This document shows positions 37,283 through 43,522 of a stretch of 43,522 bases of DNA, one piece after another (within the stretch, counting starts at the first letter, position 1; each line of letters opens with the position of its first letter). Under the pieces are notes generated by a model that saw nothing but the letters and a program-made list of their open reading frames with translations, was not told the origin of the DNA and did no database searches. This stretch comes from an uncultured Oscillospiraceae bacterium (lineage in GTDB: Bacteria; Bacillota; Clostridia; UMGS1883), in the NCBI GenBank assembly GCA_964651775.1, contig CAZYYT010000002.1:1-43522 (forward strand). Direction: 5' to 3'. The position numbers were made by a program, and so were the translations under genes.

Positions 37283-38783
37283 TGGTTTCACCCTTTTTTA
37301 AAATATCATTTATTCTTATACTACCCGACAAAACAATTAATACTGCGTAAAAAATGGCTGCAAGCCCAAATGATATAACAAGCATGCCAAGTCCACCCGA
37401 AAGGCTATATACTAGCCTTGCCACAGTGCAAGAAACTCCACCGCATAACAAAATTATAAATATCTCTTTAAAATCTCGCTTTAAAGAAGATATTTTGCGT
37501 AGCATATAAGTATTACTTAAAAATGCAGGCATAAATGCAAGAACTGTTGCAAATTGCGCACCATTTACCCCTATTTTGGGTATAAGGATAAAGTTAAATA
37601 AAACCTTAAGTGCAATTGAAACTGCACTTGCAACAATCGGGCTCCACACCATACCAACTGTCTGTAGCATTGCGGTTGTTGTTTGAACATAAGGAAGAAT
37701 AAGCACCAATATACCTGTGAAAATTAAAAGCGATGCTGAATTTGTGCTTGAAAATAAAAGCCTAAAAATCTGTGGTGCGAAAAGCATAAGCCCAAATGCA
37801 CTGGGGCTTGCCACATAAAAGATTGTTTTTAAAGCCTTCCCCGAATTATCTTTTAGTGAAACTTCGTCTTTTCTGGCCGCTGCAGCAGAAACGATTGGTA
37901 CAATACTTGCTGTGATAGCCGTTATAATTGCAGCAGGTAGATTATAAACAGTGTTTGCCCTTGTAAGGTATCCAAAAAGTTTTAGTCTTGAAACTCCATT
38001 AATCCCATTTGCTGATAAAATATTTGTAACTGTAAGTGAATCTGAAAGCATCACTGCCGCATAACCAAATGTGCCAAGAGTTACGGGAAGTGAAAGCTTA
38101 AACACATTCCATACCTTTTTTGATGAAAAGCTGCCCTTTGTTTTATTTTCCTTCGTATAAAATCCGTAAAGAACAAAAGCGGCACAAATGGCACTAAATG
38201 TAACACCTATTACCGCACCTGTAACACCAAGCTCCATACCGCCCTTTACAAAAATGCCGCAAAGGGTGATTCCCAGTACAACCTTTGTAAGGCTTTCGCC
38301 AAGCTGACTCAGTGCTGACGGAATCATATTTGAGTTTCCTTGAAAATATCCACGTACAGAGCTTATCATACCAAGAAATAAAAGCGCAGGCGAAATTGCA
38401 CGAAGTGCATTTTCAGCGAATGGTTCACCACCACCTGATAAAAACACTGCGATGGGCCTTGCCCACACAAATATTATGGCAGAAAACACTGCACAAAAAA
38501 GGGTTACTGCAGTGAAGGTTGATTTGCAAAGGTCAGCGCCTTCCTTTTCGCTTGCCTTTGCAACAAGGCTTGAAAGTGCAATAGGAATTCCCGTAACGCA
38601 AATGGCAAGAAACACATTATATATGGAATATACGCTTTGATATACTGCAATTCCCTCTTCATGAAGAAAAAATTGGTCAAGCGGGATTTTAAATACGGCG
38701 CTCATCATCTTACATAAAATTGATGCAGCCGCCATTACCACTGCACCCGTGATAAAGCTTTGCTTCTTTTTCAAGCAATTCAT
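37272..38783 (-). CDS. MOP-superfamily flippase (SpoVB/MurJ-like polysaccharide biosynthesis protein)
   Basis: 503 aa, about 14 TM segments. N-terminus GAVVMAAASILCKMMSAVFKIPLDQFFLHEEGIAVYQSVYSIYNVFLAICVTGIPIALSSLV resembles SpoVB/MurJ. The gene order with mazG and hup is typical of Firmicutes. Confidence 0.72.
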   Translation of the reverse strand: MNCLKKKQSFITGAVVMAAASILCKMMSAVFKIPLDQFFLHEEGIAVYQSVYSIYNVFLAICVTGIPIALSSLVAKASEKEGADLCKSTFTAVTLFCAVFSAIIFVWARPIAVFLSGGGEPFAENALRAISPALLFLGMISSVRGYFQGNSNMIPSALSQLGESLTKVVLGITLCGIFVKGGMELGVTGAVIGVTFSAICAAFVLYGFYTKENKTKGSFSSKKVWNVFKLSLPVTLGTFGYAAVMLSDSLTVTNILSANGINGVSRLKLFGYLTRANTVYNLPAAIITAITASIVPIVSAAAARKDEVSLKDNSGKALKTIFYVASPSAFGLMLFAPQIFRLLFSSTNSASLLIFTGILVLILPYVQTTTAMLQTVGMVWSPIVASAVSIALKVLFNFILIPKIGVNGAQFATVLAFMPAFLSNTYMLRKISSLKRDFKEIFIILLCGGVSCTVARLVYSLSGGLGMLVISFGLAAIFYAVLIVLSGSIRINDILKKGETNGK

Positions 38784-39622
38784 CCCCTTTTCTGGTTTTC
38801 TCTTTCAAGTGAAGGCTTAGTGAGAATCTCATACAAAACATTTTTTGTCATAAATATTTGCGTAAATGAAAGCACTGGCAGATAAAGGCCAAGAAGCAGT
38901 GCAAATCCAAACGGGGATGAGGTTGTAAATACCATAACTGCATATATTATAACCGCACTTACACAAAATGCAAAAAGATTCCACCAAAGGCGTGCCATAA
39001 CAAGAAAAAATGCATTTTTATATATATCCCTTACTTTAAGCTTAAAGCTAACCATAATTGAATAAATATACATATGCATCATCGCAAACAGCGTTGCTGC
39101 AATAATTATAATAGTTTTGAGTATAATACCCATTACCCCGCCCTTTATTGTGTAGAAGATATACGCAAAACCACCTACAAGAACAACAGCTACATCAATT
39201 ATAAAAACAAGCGTTGCTTGAAAAAAGTTGCTTTTATATTTGTCAAAAAAGTCACTGAAAACAAATGTGTGGGTATCTGCTGCAAAGTTTTTTGCAATGT
39301 ATGAAAGCCCTGCGCTTGGTGCACCTGCCCCAATAATGCCAAGAATTATGGCTGTAAGTAGCATATAAATAGTCGAAAGTGCACTGGAACTTTCAAATAC
39401 ATTTATATTACTGTTTTGCGCAAGAATAGTTACTGCCACACTTGAAATTACTGCAAGCACCAATATAGACGGAATTGATGCTATAAGATATATAATATCA
39501 AGCTTAAGAAAATCCCAAAATTTGCGAAAGAATAGGTCAAAATAAAGTGATGGGCCTGTTTTTTCCACATCTTCTTTACTTATTCCCTTTCCATTATTTC
39601 TATTAAAACCGAAAAGTGCCAT
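38780..39622 (-). CDS. polytopic membrane protein, possibly DUF624/YesL-like
   Basis: 280 aa with about 6 hydrophobic segments. The family assignment is from general resemblance only. Confidence 0.45.
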   Translation of the reverse strand: MALFGFNRNNGKGISKEDVEKTGPSLYFDLFFRKFWDFLKLDIIYLIASIPSILVLAVISSVAVTILAQNSNINVFESSSALSTIYMLLTAIILGIIGAGAPSAGLSYIAKNFAADTHTFVFSDFFDKYKSNFFQATLVFIIDVAVVLVGGFAYIFYTIKGGVMGIILKTIIIIAATLFAMMHMYIYSIMVSFKLKVRDIYKNAFFLVMARLWWNLFAFCVSAVIIYAVMVFTTSSPFGFALLLGLYLPVLSFTQIFMTKNVLYEILTKPSLERENQKRG

Positions 39623-39624
39623 TT

Positions 39625-40326
39625 TTATTCACCTCTTAATATAGGGTGCATATCTATATCGTAAATATTTTTTCGATGGAAACTACATTCACCACTATCA
39701 TAGCCCTCTATATACTTATTCATTGCCAAAACTATAACCTCAGGCTTAATATTAGCCCTACTTCCGGCAGATAAAACCATCTCTGCTCTGTCAGGAAAAA
39801 GCTTTATTTCTTTTATATCAGGACGGATATCGGTTTCCTTTATTCCGCTTTTTGTTTTCTTTTCAATAAGAATTGTATCTCTATTTAAAAAATCATCAAC
39901 GCTTTCGGGAAGGCGCTCTGCCTTAACAACATAAAGCGCGTTATCAAGCTTTTTCATAAGACTTTTGCCCTCAATAACCTCTGTTATTCTAACGCCTAAC
40001 GGAAGTGCTTTGTTAAGCCTGTCCATTATTTCCTGTGGTGAAAGCTCCTCTGCAAGTGTTATTTCAAGAATTTCACACTCACTTGTGTGACTTACCGGCA
40101 AAGGAAGTGCAAATGTGAGAAGCGGATGCGGGTTAAACCCCTCTGAATATGCTATCGGAATTTCAGCCCTACGAATTGCACGACCAAACATCCTCACAAA
40201 GTCAAGATGCGAAACGTACTTAACGCTTTCGCTTCTTTCATATACAATATGGTAATTACTCAAAGCAGACACATCCTTCCTTTGTATTGCAAAGCGTGCT
40301 TGCCCCACAACCACTGCACTTTTCAC
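39625..40326 (-). CDS. TIGR03936-family radical-SAM-associated protein (DUF2344); start uncertain
   Basis: VKYVSHLDFVRMFGRAIRRAEIPIAYSEGFNPHPLLTFALPLPV is characteristic of the family. The track start overlaps the upstream gene by 71 nt. GTG or TTG near 40250-40265 is a more plausible start. Confidence 0.75.
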   Translation of the reverse strand: MKSAVVVGQARFAIQRKDVSALSNYHIVYERSESVKYVSHLDFVRMFGRAIRRAEIPIAYSEGFNPHPLLTFALPLPVSHTSECEILEITLAEELSPQEIMDRLNKALPLGVRITEVIEGKSLMKKLDNALYVVKAERLPESVDDFLNRDTILIEKKTKSGIKETDIRPDIKEIKLFPDRAEMVLSAGSRANIKPEVIVLAMNKYIEGYDSGECSFHRKNIYDIDMHPILRGE

Positions 40327-42103
40327 GACAGTTTGGTGTTGTAGCTGCCAGCTTTGCCTTTTCGTTTTCGTTTATCATAAATTTCTTGCTTACGCCAATA
40401 TCTACGATATCCCATGGAAGAATCTCGTCATAGCTACGCTCCCTGGTGTAAAAGGCCATATCTATACCACAATCTTCAAATGCCTGCTTCCACAAATCAA
40501 GGTTAAAGCACTCACTCCAGCTATCAAGGTTACAACCAAGCTCATGTGCACGGATAAGCACCTCGCCAAGTTTTCTATCGCCACGCGCAAACACACCCTC
40601 AAGTACACTGACGTCATTTTCATGATAGCTATATTTTATATGGCGGTTATGAATTTGCTCTTTAAGGAAATGCTGCTTGTCCGAAAGCTCCTCCATGGTG
40701 TTTTGTTTAGCCCACTGAAACGGAGTAAATGGCTTTGGAACAAAGCTTGCAACGCTGATGCTTACCGACGGTGCACGGCGCTTATTTGTTTTCTCACTTC
40801 CGTAATAGCACTCAACAACCTTTTGTGAAAGGTCTGCAATGCCTTTTATATCTTCATAATTTTCGTAAGGAAGGCCAATCATAAAGTAAAGCTTAACATT
40901 ATTCCAACCACCCTCAAACGCAAGCGTGGCAGAAGTGATTAAATCAGATTCCTTCACGTTTTTATTTATAACATCACGAAGCCTCTGACTGCCTGCCTCC
41001 GGCGCAAATGTAAGGCCACTTTTTCGCACCTTTTGCACTCTTTGCATAAGATCAACACTAAAATTATCTACACGAAGTGACGGAAGTGAAAGGCTTACCT
41101 TTTTACTCTCCGTAAGCTCAAGAAGGCTATCGGTAAGTTCGGAAAGCCTTGTATAGTCACTTGTTGAAAGGCTTGAAAGCCCCATCTCCTCATACCCTGT
41201 TGAATCTATAAGATTTGCCGCATCGCACGTAAGTGTGCCCGGTGTTTTTTCACGAACAGGTCTGTAAATCATGCCTGCCTGACAAAATCTGCACCCACGA
41301 ATACAACCACGAAAAACCTCAATATTTGCCCTATCATGAATTATATCAGAGAACGGAACGATAAATTTATCGGGGTAGCATACCTTATCAAAATCTGAAA
41401 TAATTCTTTTACGGATGCGGGGCTTTGCCTCCTCGCAGTTAGGTGTCATACTTTTAATTGTACCGTCGTCATTGTACTCTACATCATAAAAGCTTGGCAC
41501 ATATATTCCTTCGATTTTAGCAATTCTTTTTAAATAGTCCTTACGGGTGCCCCCACTTTTCTTCCACTCGATATACTCATCCATAAGCTCATTTATAACC
41601 TCTTCACCCTCACCCATTGTGAAAAAGTCGAATATATCTGCAAGTGGCTCTGCATTATATGAACAGGGCCCACCACCATTTACAAACGGGTCATCTTCCC
41701 CTCTGTCACAGCTTTTAAGGGGTATATTCGAAAGCTCAAGCATATTAAGTACGGTTGTGTAGCACATCTCATACTGAAGCGTTATACCAAGGAAATCAAA
41801 TTTTTTAACCTCGGTATGTGTTTCGTTTGTAAAAAGGGGTACCCCCTCTTTACGCATTTCGGCCTCCATATCTGTCCATGGGGCAAAAACACGCTCACAA
41901 TAAGTGTCCTCGCGGTTATTAAGCACGTTATATAATATTTTTATTCCAAGATGGCTCATCCCCACCTCATACACATCCGGGAACGCAAACGCATAGCGTA
42001 TGGAAACCTTATCGGGGTCTTTAATAACACTATTTAACTCCCCTCCTGTATAATGGGTTGCCTTTTGTACTCTCTTTAAAATTTTATCAAGATTTTTAAT
42101 CAA
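40256..42103 (-). CDS. TIGR03960-family B12-binding-domain radical SAM protein
   Basis: 615 aa. N-terminus ILKRVQKATHYTGGELNS, radical SAM cluster motif CIRGCRFCQAG and a C-terminal Cys cluster. Confidence 0.83.
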   Translation of the reverse strand: MIKNLDKILKRVQKATHYTGGELNSVIKDPDKVSIRYAFAFPDVYEVGMSHLGIKILYNVLNNREDTYCERVFAPWTDMEAEMRKEGVPLFTNETHTEVKKFDFLGITLQYEMCYTTVLNMLELSNIPLKSCDRGEDDPFVNGGGPCSYNAEPLADIFDFFTMGEGEEVINELMDEYIEWKKSGGTRKDYLKRIAKIEGIYVPSFYDVEYNDDGTIKSMTPNCEEAKPRIRKRIISDFDKVCYPDKFIVPFSDIIHDRANIEVFRGCIRGCRFCQAGMIYRPVREKTPGTLTCDAANLIDSTGYEEMGLSSLSTSDYTRLSELTDSLLELTESKKVSLSLPSLRVDNFSVDLMQRVQKVRKSGLTFAPEAGSQRLRDVINKNVKESDLITSATLAFEGGWNNVKLYFMIGLPYENYEDIKGIADLSQKVVECYYGSEKTNKRRAPSVSISVASFVPKPFTPFQWAKQNTMEELSDKQHFLKEQIHNRHIKYSYHENDVSVLEGVFARGDRKLGEVLIRAHELGCNLDSWSECFNLDLWKQAFEDCGIDMAFYTRERSYDEILPWDIVDIGVSKKFMINENEKAKLAATTPNCREKCSGCGASTLCNTKEGCVCFE

Positions 42104-42116
42104 AGTAAACTTCCCT

Positions 42117-42329
42117 TCAAAACGGCAAAATCTCCTTTAAAAAGGCGATAAGATGTGTGCCTGCGCTTTTAATATCGATATCCTTCACGAAAACTGTAGC
42201 GCATTTATCCCAAGCATGCGGGAAAAAGCGTTTTGTCGAAAACGCTAAAGCGAAAATGCATACACAAATAATTAATCGATATAAAAATGATGTTGCCGAT
42301 TTTTTTAATTTTTCTTTTATTTTATTCAT
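42117..42329 (-). CDS. small hypothetical membrane protein
   Basis: MNKIKEKLKKSATSFLYRLIICVCIFALAFS... has one TM segment. GAGGTG lies upstream of this Met. No recognisable family. Confidence 0.4.
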   Translation of the reverse strand: MNKIKEKLKKSATSFLYRLIICVCIFALAFSTKRFFPHAWDKCATVFVKDIDIKSAGTHLIAFLKEILPF

Positions 42330-42361
42330 TGCGCTCACCTCAATAAAGGATATGCACAAAA

Positions 42362-43480
42362 TCACTTAAAATACTGATATAAATCACACTTTAACATCCC
42401 ATTGTAAAGCTTTCTTTTTTTATCGGCAGTCTTTCCGTAAAATTTCTCGAATTCACTATGGCTTGTAAGAATATACTTGGCCGCATTTGGATAGTTTGAA
42501 AACTTTTTGCCCATCATAATATAAAGCACTTCACATTTTTTTCGGTCAAGAAGCCTTTCACCATATGGGGGGTTGCATACAATAACACCTTTTTCCGTAA
42601 AAATTGTTGCATTTTGTGCATCACAACAGGAAAATTTAATATATTTATCCACGCCTGCTTTTCTTGCATTGCTTATAGCAATCTTAACTGCTGCCGGGTC
42701 AATATCCGATGCAAAAATCTGTGGCTGTATATCGTGGTTTATGTTATCCATTGCCTCCTCACGGGCATCTGAAAACATAACACCATTCATCATTCGCCAC
42801 GATTCACTTGCAAAGCTTCTTTTAAGACCGGGTGCAATATTTTTTGCGTAAAGCGCCGCCTCAATCGGGATTGTGCCACTACCGCAAAACGGGTCTTGAA
42901 ATGGCCTGTCCCCTCTCCAGCGGGTAATATCTATAATAGAAAATGCAAGCGTTTCACGAAGTGGTGCCAAAACCCCATTTTCACGATATCCTCTTTTATA
43001 AAGCGGTTCCCCCGTTGTATCGAGATATATGGTAGCAGTGTCACGAAGAAGCGAAAACTGAATTCTCATCAATGGGCCTGTTTCTTCAAAATGCTCTATC
43101 CCATATTTTTCTGAAAGCTTTTTTACCACTGCACGCTTTACAATACTTGTGCAGGCAGGCACGCTTGCAAGCACACTTTTAAGTGAGCTTCCCTTAACTG
43201 GGAATGCACAGTCACTTTGAATGAAATCCTGCCACTCTATAGCGCGCACACCCTCAAAAAGCTCATCAAATGTTGTTGCCTTAAATTCTGCCAATTTAAT
43301 AAGCACACGCTCACCACATCTTAAATTGATGTTTGCAAGGGCAATTGCTTCACTATCACCTTCAAAGGTAACCCTTCCGTCACAAACCTCCGTCGTTTCA
43401 TATCCAAGAGAGCGTACCCCGTGCGCTACAATAGCCTCCGTCCCAAAGAACGTGGGAACTGTCAGTAAAAGTCTGTTCAT
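42362..43480 (-). CDS. THUMP-domain class I SAM-dependent RNA methyltransferase (RlmL/UPF0020-like)
   Basis: 372 aa. N-terminal THUMP-like region, DPFCGSGTIPIEAAL SAM motif and NPPYGERL catalytic motif. Confidence 0.83.
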   Translation of the reverse strand: MNRLLLTVPTFFGTEAIVAHGVRSLGYETTEVCDGRVTFEGDSEAIALANINLRCGERVLIKLAEFKATTFDELFEGVRAIEWQDFIQSDCAFPVKGSSLKSVLASVPACTSIVKRAVVKKLSEKYGIEHFEETGPLMRIQFSLLRDTATIYLDTTGEPLYKRGYRENGVLAPLRETLAFSIIDITRWRGDRPFQDPFCGSGTIPIEAALYAKNIAPGLKRSFASESWRMMNGVMFSDAREEAMDNINHDIQPQIFASDIDPAAVKIAISNARKAGVDKYIKFSCCDAQNATIFTEKGVIVCNPPYGERLLDRKKCEVLYIMMGKKFSNYPNAAKYILTSHSEFEKFYGKTADKKRKLYNGMLKCDLYQYFK

Positions 43481-43522
43481 TTGTTTTTCTCCGTATAAAC
43501 GTGTACCATGACAGTATACACG

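Noticed and set aside
40256-40326. 71-nt overlap between the radical SAM gene and the DUF2344 gene, which could suggest a frameshifted fusion.
   Set aside because: The overlap comes from taking the longest ORF. The conserved DUF2344 sequence begins after the overlap, and GTG/TTG starts exist at the upstream gene's stop codon. Two coupled genes is the simpler reading.
1-43522. CRISPR arrays, tRNA, rRNA and tmRNA genes.
   Set aside because: I saw no regularly spaced short repeats and no cloverleaf-like or rRNA-like conserved segments in any intergenic region. All gaps longer than 150 nt are accounted for by promoters, terminators or the elements described.

Overview
Chromosomal segment that looks like a low-GC Firmicutes (Clostridia-like) genome; the taxon is inferred from gene content and Shine-Dalgarno usage only. 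I found no rRNA, tRNA or CRISPR. The backbone is mostly minus-strand housekeeping and saccharolytic genes. These are a MATE exporter, GH29 fucosidase, rsmA, a 1259-aa secreted SGNH esterase, livJHMGF, a GH116 glycosidase (plus strand), an HTH-WYL regulator, feoAB, hup, mazG, a SpoVB/MurJ-like flippase, a TIGR03960/TIGR03936 radical-SAM pair and a THUMP methyltransferase. The main finding is that feoB is split into two in-phase fragments (16761-17591 and 34599-35900). A 17,016-bp element separates them. It is bounded by 8-bp direct repeats (CACATGGT) and carries a large serine recombinase about 40 nt inside its left end. Removing the element in silico restores a roughly 707-aa FeoB, and the element ends reassemble into an attP-like site with 20-nt inverted arms. 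The element has no phage or conjugation genes. Its cargo is redox, metal, drug and stress functions: a desulfoferrodoxin-like protein, SDR, XRE and MerR regulators, GNAT, cyclase, SdpI-like protein, an ArsR-permease-thioredoxin-like operon, a cupin, a purine permease, a MATE exporter and a CuAO-N protein. Nested inside is a second rearrangement: a 3.1-kb AraC/ferredoxin/FAD-oxidoreductase module flanked by about 155-bp direct repeats of the purine permease 3-prime end. Smaller observations include a 165-bp MITE-like palindrome abutting the WYL gene stop codon, a cyclase gene with ACG where its start Met is expected, and a duplicated roughly 370-aa module of unknown function in the esterase. 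All family assignments come from reading motifs by eye; no database search was possible.
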